From Pirellulales bacterium (GTDB lineage Bacteria > Planctomycetota > Planctomycetia > Pirellulales > PALSA-1355): 52,761 nt of DNA. The position numbers and the translations under genes were made by a program. The notes under the pieces are model-generated. The model saw nothing but the letters and a program-made list of their open reading frames with translations. It did not search any database and had not been told where the DNA came from. Positions 1 to 9,800 of the stretch are shown piece after piece. The stretch's first letter is position 1; each line of letters opens with the position of its first letter. The stretch is taken from NCBI GenBank assembly GCA_041750795.1, contig JBGSYQ010000147.1, forward strand, positions 1 to 52,761. The letters are read 5' to 3'.

Positions 1-63
1 CAGCCGCTGCTGCCAATCCAGCCACTCATCCAACGACGCCGCAGGCCTTCCATTCTTCGCCAT
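1..63 (-). CDS. N-terminus of probable IS66 accessory protein (TnpA-like), partial
   Basis: MAKNGRPAASLDEWLDWQQRL..., with an RBS, directly inside the IS66-like IR. This is the position and W..R.L pattern expected for IS66 orfA. Confidence 0.45.
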   Translation of the reverse strand, partial: MAKNGRPAASLDEWLDWQQRL

Positions 64-140
64 CACTCGACTCCATCAGTAACTGAGACAACAAGCTCAG
101 CCTAACAGGGCCGACAAGTATGGATTCGGCGGACGCTTAC
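1..140 (-). mobile_element. Left end of an IS66-family insertion sequence (continues beyond window start)
   Basis: The minus strand from 140 reads GTAAGCGTCCGCCGAATCCA, matching the GTAAGCG-type terminal inverted repeat of IS66. It is followed by GGAG and an ATG at 63. Confidence 0.65.
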
Positions 141-288
141 AGAACCCCCGAGGTATTTGACAGGGACTAAGCACGCGAAGTCATTCCACGAACTCGTGTT
201 TCCGGGGGCACCATAAATTCGCTGAACAAATATCTTCGCTTGCCAACAATGCACACCGCGCGAGACAATCCGAAGCACTTCTCCTTGT

Positions 289-1776
289 TTGATGCCCGCA
301 CTCAATCTCCCATCGGCCAGTCCATCCCGGCCGATTCGGACGCGCGAGCAGCGTAGCGGACTGGCACAGCTATCGATCATCGAGCACGCACTCTGTTCGC
401 TCGACCCGTCTCTGTCCCTCGTCGCTCCATACCAGCACAAGACCGGATACTTTTACACGGACGCCAACAAACGCCGCTTCGCCAACGTCTCCATTTTCGC
501 GGCACTCGGACTTTCGTCACGCGACGAGTATTTTCTCTGGGGACTCCTCGCCCTGACGTTCAATCAGCCGCAGCCGTCGATCGAGTTTCTGGCCACACCG
601 CACTTCTGCCTGAAGAAGCTCGGATACTTGGAGGCCAAGGGCGGAAAGCAATACGCTGAGTTTCGGGCAACGATCAAACGCCTCGCCGGTGTCTTCTATC
701 AATGTGATGCCTTCTACGATCCTCGCCTCCAGACGTTTCAAGATACCGGCTTCGGCCTGCTCAAGTACAGTTTGCCGCAACGTGACGATTCCTCCCGGGC
801 CTGGCGAATCGTCTGGGACCCATTGTTCTTCGAATACGTGCAAGCGACGGGCGGGAAGCTCTTCTTTGATCTGACGAGCGACACGTTCCGGAGTTTTGAT
901 CCGGCATTGAGGCGGCTCGCGTTACTGCTCCATAAGATTTTCTGGCGACGAAAGGTGTCTCCTCCGTTTGAGTTGCGGCATCTCGGCACGAACGTACTCG
1001 GGTTCTCACCCCAGCGACTAACGAAGTATCTCAAGCGTGACATAAGTCACTGCGCCCAGAGGCTTCTGGCTGCGAACTTCATTGCCTTGCCGAGCGGCGT
1101 CGACCGAGCTGCCGATCTCTTCGAGAAGCGAGGGCGCGGATCGTATGTCATTCGCTTTGAACGCGGATCGTATTTCGAGCAGCATTCGATCGATCAACTC
1201 GCACATCACCCGGTGACGAGCGTCGCTGACTCCCCTCTCTACGACCCGTTGAAAACGATCGGCTTCGAGGATGCCGCGATCCGATCGATTCTGAAGAAGT
1301 ATGATCACCAGGTCATCGCCCGCTGGGCGCAATACACACAGGTCGCGATGGAGACAAAGGGGCGGAAGTTCTTTTCGAAGAGTCCGGAAGCGTACTGCCT
1401 GGACGGCATCAAGCGTGGAACATCCGCGCCGGACTGGTTTCTTGATCATCAACGTGACGAACGTCGACGGCAGCACGACGATGATCTACAGGCTCGCGGC
1501 GTCTCCGCCGACGATCCAAATCTCACGATCGCCTATCGCAAAGCAAGGAAGGAAGCACTGCATAAATTCCTCCGCGAAGAGATTGATCGTGATCGCTATC
1601 ATAAAACCGTCGAGACATTCATGGGGATGTTCAAGGATGCACCGGAAGACGTCGCGAAACAGCAGGCGATCGAAGAGGCCGAGCGACACCTCGGCGCCGG
1701 ATTCCGATTCCCAGATTACAGCGAATGGTCGTCCGCTACGGCGATTGGAAGGCTGGCCGAATCGTACCGTGAATGA
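289..1776 (+). CDS. Plasmid-type replication initiator protein (RepA-like)
   Basis: 495-aa ORF with a winged-helix-like Rep pattern (KGGKQYAEFRATIKRLAGVFYQCDAFYD...FGLLKYSL), immediately followed by iterons and an AT-rich tract. Confidence 0.65.
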   Translation: MMPALNLPSASPSRPIRTREQRSGLAQLSIIEHALCSLDPSLSLVAPYQHKTGYFYTDANKRRFANVSIFAALGLSSRDEYFLWGLLALTFNQPQPSIEFLATPHFCLKKLGYLEAKGGKQYAEFRATIKRLAGVFYQCDAFYDPRLQTFQDTGFGLLKYSLPQRDDSSRAWRIVWDPLFFEYVQATGGKLFFDLTSDTFRSFDPALRRLALLLHKIFWRRKVSPPFELRHLGTNVLGFSPQRLTKYLKRDISHCAQRLLAANFIALPSGVDRAADLFEKRGRGSYVIRFERGSYFEQHSIDQLAHHPVTSVADSPLYDPLKTIGFEDAAIRSILKKYDHQVIARWAQYTQVAMETKGRKFFSKSPEAYCLDGIKRGTSAPDWFLDHQRDERRRQHDDDLQARGVSADDPNLTIAYRKARKEALHKFLREEIDRDRYHKTVETFMGMFKDAPEDVAKQQAIEEAERHLGAGFRFPDYSEWSSATAIGRLAESYRE

Positions 1777-1797
1777 CAGTTATGATCAGGACCGAAA

Positions 1798-1872
1798 GGT
1801 GTACTTTGCCGCACCTTCATTTCTGCCGACCTGGTGTACTTTGCCGCACCAACTGGTGTACTTTGCCGCACC
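1798..1872 (+). repeat. Three identical 18-bp direct repeats GGTGTACTTTGCCGCACC (iterons, putative oriV)
   Basis: Copies at 1798-1815, 1833-1850 and 1855-1872, directly downstream of the rep stop codon. Confidence 0.9.
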
Positions 1873-1964
1873 TTTTTATCTCACCTTGAACGGGCCTGGA
1901 CGACAGTTTCGTGTCTTGTGGAAGCCAACCATCCACGTTGACTCTCTCTCCGTTCGATTCTGAC

Positions 1965-2040
1965 CAAATACTAAGCAAAGGTTTATTGTTCTTAAGCAAA
2001 GGAGGGCTTCACCCTCTATCTGCTTTGAAGAAGAAAACAC
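1965..2040. promoter_or_regulatory. AT-rich tract with TAAGCAAAGG x2; putative DNA-unwinding element of oriV
   Basis: Locally AT-rich in a GC-rich context, ~100 bp from the iterons. Confidence 0.4.
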
Positions 2041-2582
2041 GCCTCGATAGACGGACGAAAAGTAGTAAGCACTCGGAGGTCGAAAGGTCCCCGCGGCCGG
2101 CACTTTCAGTTTGAGTTCCAACATTCCGGGTGAGCAACACTTTCTTCCAATGCGACTCGCGTCCATGGAAAATCATCCCGCCATCGCCCCGCTTCCGGTG
2201 ACGAAGGCAACACCGAAGATGCCGGCGGCCGGAGGCCGACCTGGCAACCGCACTGCTATGCGCAGTACCTCTCCGTCAGGGGACGGCGCTCGCGGGACGT
2301 TCCGCCCGCGAGACCCCGTCCTGCGACACGCCCGCTCGCTACGCTCAACATGTGCGGCACAGCCCGGGGTCTCGCGGCCTTCGAAGATGCGCGAGGAATC
2401 ATCGCCCGAGCGGGTGACCAGTGTGTGTGGGTAGCCCGACCGGCGCTCGCTTGTCCCGCACGCTTCCCGCCCTACAGCGGGAACATCAGCGGGAGCAGGA
2501 CGCGGCCGCTGCTAGACGCAGCGGAAGACGAAAGGCCACGTGCGCAGCATCGTGCTCCATTTTTGGCGAATTTCGGGATTCC

Positions 2583-4046
2583 CTACAGTGCCCGCAAGCA
2601 CCGGAAGATTTCGACCATCGCCAGCGTATCGAGCTCGCAGTATGCCTGCAGATTCGCTTCCGTTGTCGCTCGTTCTTCACGCGTCACCTTCGGGTCGAAC
2701 ATGCGATACCATTCGAGCGATGCACTGTTTCCCTCTTGGATCGCGAGGTTCTTGTACGACAGATGCGGGACCAGCACCGGGAACACGTCCTTGATCGAGC
2801 AACTGCCGTTGAACTGGCCATCCACGTAGAGTTGCTTGCTGAAGACATCCTTGAGGTCGAACACCCGCGCGTTGAGTGACGCGAGAAATGCTGCGGCTGT
2901 CGGCTGCAATCTTGCCATGCGGGTATGACAGCCCATCTCGAATGACTTATTCCACGTGATGATCGTTCCGCCGTCCCCGATATCACGTTGGAGCGACTCG
3001 ACGACGCCAGGCGTTGTGTCGCAGTATGCGGGTGCCAGATACTCGTAGTGCTCCGGCTCTGACGTCGCCGATCGCAGCACGTGCAGGGAATACTGGAACG
3101 GCATCGCTTCGTTCGGGCAGTACCCGGCGAATTGCGGAACGATGGTCGCGAACGTCTCGTAGTCGAGGAAGTACAAGGGATACGTCAGCGCGCCGAGCAT
3201 CGCCCGTATTGCCGGGCGATCAATGATGGGCACGCCCTGCCTCGTCGCCGTCACCTGCAATCGCTGCCGTGCGGACAGTTTTGCAGTGTCCGGAATGTCG
3301 CGTACCGTTCGGTATCCGTCTGCGTAGAGCGCGCGAGCTTTTGCGAGCTGGAGTCTGCTGACGTAATACACCGAGTTCGGCGGCAGGTCGGGATAGCAAT
3401 GATTGAGACTCGGGCAGTCCTTCGGAGAGCAACTGCACGGAAACTCATCAATCGGGGGAACGTCCGGAAGTGTGAGAAGCCGCCGTGCCTTCTCGATCCC
3501 GGATTCAACATCCTTCACGAGATCCCGAGCAGCGCCCGTGACATCGTTCGTGACGAGCAGCCGAGACGGATCGATCTCGCCGTTTCGAGCATATTCCCGA
3601 TTGATGTGCACGATGAACACGCGGTCGATCATGTACCCCGCTCGCTCGAACGCGATCTTCTGAAAGCAGACGTCATGCAGATGGCGCTCCTTCACCTCAC
3701 CCGCAGCCTTCACTTCATAGATGTCCCAGCTTCCGTTGCGCGGACTTTTCTTGAGAACGTCCGCCATTGCGTGCAGGTCGTCGGCCATGACCGTCGCCTG
3801 AAACAAACAATTCGCACCTTGTCCAATGTGACGATAGGTTCGTTCCGACCCACTTGCGCCAAAGGCTCTGATGAGTTTGCCGTCCGGAAATAATTGACGT
3901 GCATAGCTCTCGACCGCGTTACCCTGTTCCATTCTCCATGTGCGCTGCGCATCGATCGCGTCAGCGACTTCCTCACGCCGATATTCGTACAGCCACGCGT
4001 AGCGCGGACAGTCGAGTGAACGGGTGTAGGCGGATTTGGTGACCAT
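2583..4046 (-). CDS. DUF2779-domain protein (N-terminal PD-(D/E)XK-like nuclease, C-terminal RNase H-like domain)
   Basis: TKSAY...CPRYAWL N-terminus, ADVL...WDIYEVK nuclease motif, YPLYFLDYET...PFQYSLH...WNKSFE...SIKDVFP...YCELDT. Start taken at MVTKS (4046). Confidence 0.75.
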   Translation of the reverse strand: MVTKSAYTRSLDCPRYAWLYEYRREEVADAIDAQRTWRMEQGNAVESYARQLFPDGKLIRAFGASGSERTYRHIGQGANCLFQATVMADDLHAMADVLKKSPRNGSWDIYEVKAAGEVKERHLHDVCFQKIAFERAGYMIDRVFIVHINREYARNGEIDPSRLLVTNDVTGAARDLVKDVESGIEKARRLLTLPDVPPIDEFPCSCSPKDCPSLNHCYPDLPPNSVYYVSRLQLAKARALYADGYRTVRDIPDTAKLSARQRLQVTATRQGVPIIDRPAIRAMLGALTYPLYFLDYETFATIVPQFAGYCPNEAMPFQYSLHVLRSATSEPEHYEYLAPAYCDTTPGVVESLQRDIGDGGTIITWNKSFEMGCHTRMARLQPTAAAFLASLNARVFDLKDVFSKQLYVDGQFNGSCSIKDVFPVLVPHLSYKNLAIQEGNSASLEWYRMFDPKVTREERATTEANLQAYCELDTLAMVEIFRCLRAL

Positions 4047-4102
4047 AGTCAGCTCGGGATTCGGGGTGGCATTATAGCGTATCGACCAGAGATTCAAGCG
4101 GC

Positions 4103-4324
4103 CTAGCGTTCCTCGGGAAATATCTCTACGTCGAACGGATAGAGCAGCTTCATCAGTTCGTCGCGCTCCTGCCTTGTGATTTCCATTCGACGCTCGGACG
4201 CTTCGATACTCGCCGCGGCACATCGTCGCATGAACGCTTTGTCCGCGACATCCATATCCGGACCGTCGACGAGCGACTTCACACGTTCCACTTGCGGCCT
4301 CAGAATTCGCATGTAGTCGCTCAT
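4103..4324 (-). CDS. Small hypothetical protein, translationally coupled to the primase
   Basis: 73 aa; ATGA overlap with the primase stop at 4321-4324. Confidence 0.55.
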   Translation of the reverse strand: MSDYMRILRPQVERVKSLVDGPDMDVADKAFMRRCAAASIEASERRMEITRQERDELMKLLYPFDVEIFPEER

Positions 4325-5499
4325 TGGGTTGCCGTCATGAGTTCAATCCACTCGTCCGCCGTCACATTCTCCGGCTGACGGCCCTTGAATTTCCCGCCGG
4401 CGGTCGTGCCTGACCAAGCGAGCCGCACCGGTATTCTCTCGGCGAGCATCGGCAACACTTGCTGAGTGCCGTTGATGCCTTCTTCATCACAGTCGAGCAT
4501 CAGCGTAACGAAACGCGCGCCAATGTCGCGAGCGAGAGTCGCGATCCGCTTCACCTGTTCGTGCGTGATCGTGTTCGAGCACAGTCCGACCGCGGGTACG
4601 CCGATCGTATTCAACCGTATTGCGTCGTTTGGTCCTTCGACGACGACGAGGTTCCTGCTGTACTCTCGGCCCATCGCTTCCAGGCGAACCACATCCTCGC
4701 CATAGGTTTCCAGTCCCCGATGAAATCCTTTCACGAAGCGCGTTTTGATCGGCTCCGGTTCGGAACGATCCGACGCTTTCCATTTTGCGACCTGCTCCTC
4801 ATAACGGACGTTCCGTCCGAACCAGGTCAGCATCTCACCGGTCGGTGACCGATACCCGTAGACGACATGACCGCGGACCAGGGACTTTGAACTTTGTGGG
4901 AGATATCCCATCGAGAACTTCTGGCACACCTCGGGGGTGAGGAAGGCGCGACGGCGAAAGTAGGCCGAGGCCTCGGGCGGCATGGCCGCGACATCCGTGA
5001 CAAACTGTTCGTGCAGGGTGACGAGCTCCCGCGCTCGTTCATTCTCAGACGCAAACAGCGGCACATTTACGTCCGGCTTCTCCGGTGCTTTCGGAGACTT
5101 CACGATGATGGCAGCCTCGGCAGTTCGCGCGGGAGGTTCTGCACCGCCTGCCATTGAAACGAGGTCTGCGGCGATCGCTTTGAACCGCTCGCCCCGAGGC
5201 CGTCCGCCAGCGTTCTCACCCGGCTTCATCAAATCGCAGAGACCGACCAGATTCCCGCCCTTCTGGCACTCGTAGGCGTGGCACTTCCAGGGCTTCACCG
5301 GGTTCTCCACTCGCACGGCGATTGCCCGGTCGCCCGTTTCCTCCGCCCGGCCGCAGGCCAGGAAGCACTTCATTCGGATTTCATCGCCGACATGCCGAAT
5401 CTGTGGCAAGGCAATGCCGTAATACTCGGCGGCCTGCTCGATCGAGACTTGCGGCATCAGCTTGTCGACATCAATGAAGGATGACTTTCGTTCGGACAT
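4321..5499 (-). CDS. DnaG-like DNA primase (Zn-binding N-terminus + TOPRIM)
   Basis: C..AC...WKCHAYEC..GGNLV Zn-finger; VVVEGPNDA and MLDCDEEG TOPRIM motifs. Start taken at MSERKSS. Confidence 0.8.
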   Translation of the reverse strand: MSERKSSFIDVDKLMPQVSIEQAAEYYGIALPQIRHVGDEIRMKCFLACGRAEETGDRAIAVRVENPVKPWKCHAYECQKGGNLVGLCDLMKPGENAGGRPRGERFKAIAADLVSMAGGAEPPARTAEAAIIVKSPKAPEKPDVNVPLFASENERARELVTLHEQFVTDVAAMPPEASAYFRRRAFLTPEVCQKFSMGYLPQSSKSLVRGHVVYGYRSPTGEMLTWFGRNVRYEEQVAKWKASDRSEPEPIKTRFVKGFHRGLETYGEDVVRLEAMGREYSRNLVVVEGPNDAIRLNTIGVPAVGLCSNTITHEQVKRIATLARDIGARFVTLMLDCDEEGINGTQQVLPMLAERIPVRLAWSGTTAGGKFKGRQPENVTADEWIELMTATQ

Positions 5500-5554
5500 G
5501 CAAGTGAGATTGGGAGAAAAGTACGGTCGGCGATGATAGGCTCCGGCGTAACCC

Positions 5555-6436
5555 ATGACAAGCACTTCCCCAGGATGGCTCATCACGCCGCGCGATATCG
5601 AGATGCTTCGAGCACTCGACTACGCGCCCCTCACGGCGCGACAAATCGAGAAGCTCAGCATCACCTGGGCGACGCCCTTTAGCGCCACCCGACTCGTGCG
5701 TGAGCGGCTGCAGCGACTCACCGAGGCGAAGCTCGTGACCACGCATCGCTACGCGATATTGGATCGTGGACAACCAGAGAACTACTATGTGCTCTCCCGT
5801 CGCGGCTACCAGCTCCTGCACGGACCGGACAGCCAGCCACCAACCAAAGGCTACTTCTCGCCGGCCGGACTCGGCCGACAGCCGCACCAACGTGCGGTCA
5901 GTGACTTCGTCGTGCATACGGCTTGCGGTGCTTTTCGCTCCGGCGCCCGCTTCACCGACTTCTACCGCGAGAATACGATCCGTCTGACCGCCGACGGACT
6001 GACCCTCTTTCCCGATGCGTCGTTCACGCTCGTCACACGCGACGGCAAGAGTCTGCGTTTCTTCGCAGAAATCGATAACGGAACGGAGCGAATTCGCTCA
6101 CAGAAAGATGCAGATAGCATCGAGCGGAAGATTCGCATTTATGACGCCGTGCAGGACCAGGACCCACGCGAGCGGTTTCGGGTCCTTTTCATATCCGGCC
6201 AAAATTCTCGTGGGCGACTGGACCATATCCTCAAGACCGCGATGGACGTTGCCCGGAATCCCAGCCGAACCTTGTTCTACGGAATCACGCTCATGGAATA
6301 CCTGACGACAACATTCTCTGTTACGTCTCCCGTTTTCAGAGATCACAGGGGCGGCCGACAGTCGCTCGTCCCTGACATTGGTGTCGAGGCCTTGCTTGCG
6401 CCACGCACATTGCAGCCGGCCGCAGTACCGTGCTAG
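5555..6436 (+). CDS. Replication-relaxation (Replic_Relax) family relaxase
   Basis: ITPRDIEMLRAL...LTARQI...RERLQRL wHTH; H..AVSD; PDA.F...FAEIDNGTE...KIRIY. Confidence 0.8.
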   Translation: MTSTSPGWLITPRDIEMLRALDYAPLTARQIEKLSITWATPFSATRLVRERLQRLTEAKLVTTHRYAILDRGQPENYYVLSRRGYQLLHGPDSQPPTKGYFSPAGLGRQPHQRAVSDFVVHTACGAFRSGARFTDFYRENTIRLTADGLTLFPDASFTLVTRDGKSLRFFAEIDNGTERIRSQKDADSIERKIRIYDAVQDQDPRERFRVLFISGQNSRGRLDHILKTAMDVARNPSRTLFYGITLMEYLTTTFSVTSPVFRDHRGGRQSLVPDIGVEALLAPRTLQPAAVPC

Positions 6437-6816
6437 GCTCTTCCCCTGTCGGTTCTCCGTTCGGATTCCCGGCTTGAGTACTGCCACCGTGCAGGCTCCC
6501 TTCTCCGACGTCGGAGGCACCCGGTCTGTCGCGACGGGTTTCCGATGACTCCGTCGTGGGCACCCGGGGTTCTGATCCTCTGTGATCTTGCCTACCGGAT
6601 TGGGTCCCGCCACATGGAAGAACGTTGCTGAACTGGCAGGCCCCGCCTTCGGATCGACAGCACGTCCGAGGCGGGTGATTCTCGACGACCACTTGGTTGG
6701 ATCGGATGCTTGGCGCCAGCTTTCTAGCCGCCTCCTCTACTCTTCATGGTGAAGATGCTAAGATGCGACGGACTTTTCGGAGCACCGGCGGCTAATTGCA
6801 ACCGTTTAAGAAAACC

Positions 6817-9800
6817 ATGGGATTTCGCTACCCGCAACCGGACAACGAGGTTGGATTCGAGCAGCTGTGCCTGCGCCTATATCGTAAGGTGTGGAATAAT
6901 GAAAGTTTGAAGCTCTACGCGAAGCGAGGCGAGAAGCAGGACGGCATCGACATCTTTGATCCCCTCAGTATCAAGCCCGTTCGAGCGGTCCAGTGCAAGC
7001 ATCACGAGCCTACGAAAACAATTCCTCCCTCTGAGATCAAGGCCGAAGTAGCGAAGGCTGAGAAGTCGCATTTCCACATCGAGCACTATGTGATCGCGAC
7101 GACTGCTCGAAAAAGTCGTGAAGCACAGGATGCTATTGCGGAGCTAAACCTTCGAGCCGACAAACAGTTCACCGCCGATATCGAATTCTGGGAAGAAATC
7201 TGCCAACACGCCGATGAGCTTGGGCGGCTAATGGCGGAACTGGTTATATACGGCGAGAACGTCCTCGCCGGCGCGAGTACGGCTACACAAGGCGGTGCAA
7301 CGTCGCCCGTCTTCGCTTCTCACGCGCAGGAGCCTTCTGAGGGGAATGATCCATACACCCTTATTGAACGCCTGCTGGATGAGAGGCGTCTGGATGTGGC
7401 TCGCCACGAGCTAGGCAAACTTCCGGCCTTTGAATCGTTGCCAACAGATCAGCAATACAAGCTTCTGCGCCTCCGCGCCAAACTCGCTCTAGAGAATGGC
7501 GAGTTCGAGCAGGCGAGCGAACTGTTTTTGCAGGCGTATACAGTCTCACCTCATTTGGACCAGGCGAAACAGAATCGAGTTCTTGCATATTCCCTTCGCA
7601 GTGAGCCAGAAAAGGCCTACGAGCATGCCAAGCAGTATGTCGCCGAAGGTCTGGCAACGCCGATTATGATCCTTCGGCTTATCGAAAATGTCACATCGAA
7701 GGAGCAATTGGAGGAGCACGAATCTCTCATTCGTGCTCTCGTCGTCACAGATGCGGGCATCAATACTGCTCTCGCGTACAAGCACATTCGATTCAATGAC
7801 TACGACGTCGCGTACGAAGCGGCTCAACGCGCTTTATCCATGGAGTCGGATTCGCCTCAAGCCCAGCTTGCGATTGCGATGGCGCTCCATAGTCTTGCCA
7901 TGCACAGTGATCCGAAGAATCGCATAGAGCGACTGCGGCTCGCGCTGGCGCACTATGATACCGCCGCCCAAGCCGCTCACGATCAGCACCTCACCACGAT
8001 ATTGCCCGAACTATTTGTAAATCGTGCGGCCGCAAAGGCGCTTCTGGGTGACGACTCCGGAGCGACAGCGGATTATCGCGCGTCAATCGATTCAGCCACT
8101 ACGCCAGCAATCTATGTAGCCCGCGCGGTTAGCTACTTTCTGCAAGCGCTGGATTTCGATAGTGCCAGCGCGCTGACTGGTTCCCTTGATCGCACAACGT
8201 ACGAAGGGCAGTACTTGGCCTTGGTCGCTGAATACCACAGTGCTGATACGACGGCCAAGCGAAGGCACATACAGGAGATGGCGACCCTAGCGGAACAGGA
8301 TTGGGATCGAGCGGTCGAATGTCGCTTCCAGTGTGTGCAGTGGGCCCTTGACCTAAAAGAATATGATCTGGCGGAGTCGTACGTTACTGAAGCGTTTCAG
8401 CGCGCACATCCGTTCCAAGCTCATACGATGCTGGCGTGGACATACCTTGAATCACGCGATCAAGAGCGAGCCAAAGCCGAGGCGCTAAAGGCACTCGACG
8501 AAAGTATCCGCGCCGCCCATTCTCAGGAACTGCGGCTCCTTGCGGTTATTCTGGTAAAGCTCAAAGACGATGCCAACGCAGTTGGCTTGCTTGAGCAAGT
8601 CGCTACGCCCGGTGTTCTTGATGACGACATGAGAGCGCTACTCGACTGCGCCCAGCGACTGGGGCGACATGATCTCCTGCTGCGACTCTGCAGCGAGCTA
8701 CGGGCTGCCGGAGTCAACGACGAGCGATTGCAGAAGCTAGAACTGCAGCTGCTCAGCGAGTATGCGCCGAATGACGCGTTGGCGCTTGTTGATGAGTTCA
8801 TTCGTTCGGGCGGCAGCCCCGCATACTGTGTCGCCGCTCGCAACGTGCTGGCCGTGCGACTTAAGCAGACGGAGAGGATGAATCTCGACGCATCGGCGTT
8901 GCCTACAGCTGCGCAATTGTCGCCGCGCGAAGCGAACATGATTCTGCTGCCATACGTTACGGCGGGAATGTACGACGAGGCTTTGCAATTCCTGTATGCG
9001 CAGCGGCGAATCTACTTCGAGGACGAAGACGCTCATGGGCGGTATCTGTTCTTCTTCTTGAGGCATGAGCCCAAACTCGAGCTGCGCGATCCTCCGGCCA
9101 CAGTCGCCAACAACTGCGCCGTCCTCCTCCAATCCACGACGGGTGACCGCCGCTGGGTTACATTGGAGGACGAGCAACCCCTCGCCAGCAGAGGTGAGTT
9201 TGCGTCGACCAGCGAACTTGGCCAGCTCTTGCTCGGCCGGAAGGTCGGGGACGCCATCGAGTTGCCGGGAAATGTCGTCCAGGTTGAAACTGCGTCAATT
9301 CGCGAAATTCAGACAAAGTATGTGCGCGCCTTCCAAGACACTTTTGAGAATTTCCGCCGGCGCTTTCCTGGGACATCCGTGCTTCAACGCGTCCAACTTG
9401 GCGATGCTGAGAACTTCGATCCGTCTCCCCTCATCGAGAGTCTCAAGAGTCGTCGCGCGCACATCGAAGAATGTATCCAGCTCTACAGTGAAAACCCGTG
9501 TTCGCTTTATCTCTTCGCAAATAGCATCGGAATCAACGAACTGGAAGCGATAAAAGTGCTTGGTCAGCACCCGCAAGGCCGGGTGAAATCGTGCCAGACT
9601 ACGCCGCACGACTTTGAGCAGGCGCTCGACAAGGCCGTTACGCCGCCGGCCATTGTTCTGAGCATCTCATCGATCGTCACAATCACTCTACTCAATGCTT
9701 GGAGGTACTTGGAATCCACGACGCAGCATCTCGTCTCTCAATTAACAAGTGAGCTTATCGATGAGTGGATTCATGAAATCACCGACAACCATGCCGAAAA

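Noticed and set aside
1798-1872. Repeats as a mini CRISPR array
   Set aside because: The repeats are only 18 bp, the gaps are 17 and 4 bp, no cas genes are present, and the position after rep fits iterons.
4047-4223. N-terminal extension of the 546-aa ORF
   Set aside because: It overlaps the coupled 73-aa gene, and the family-like sequence starts at MVTKS.
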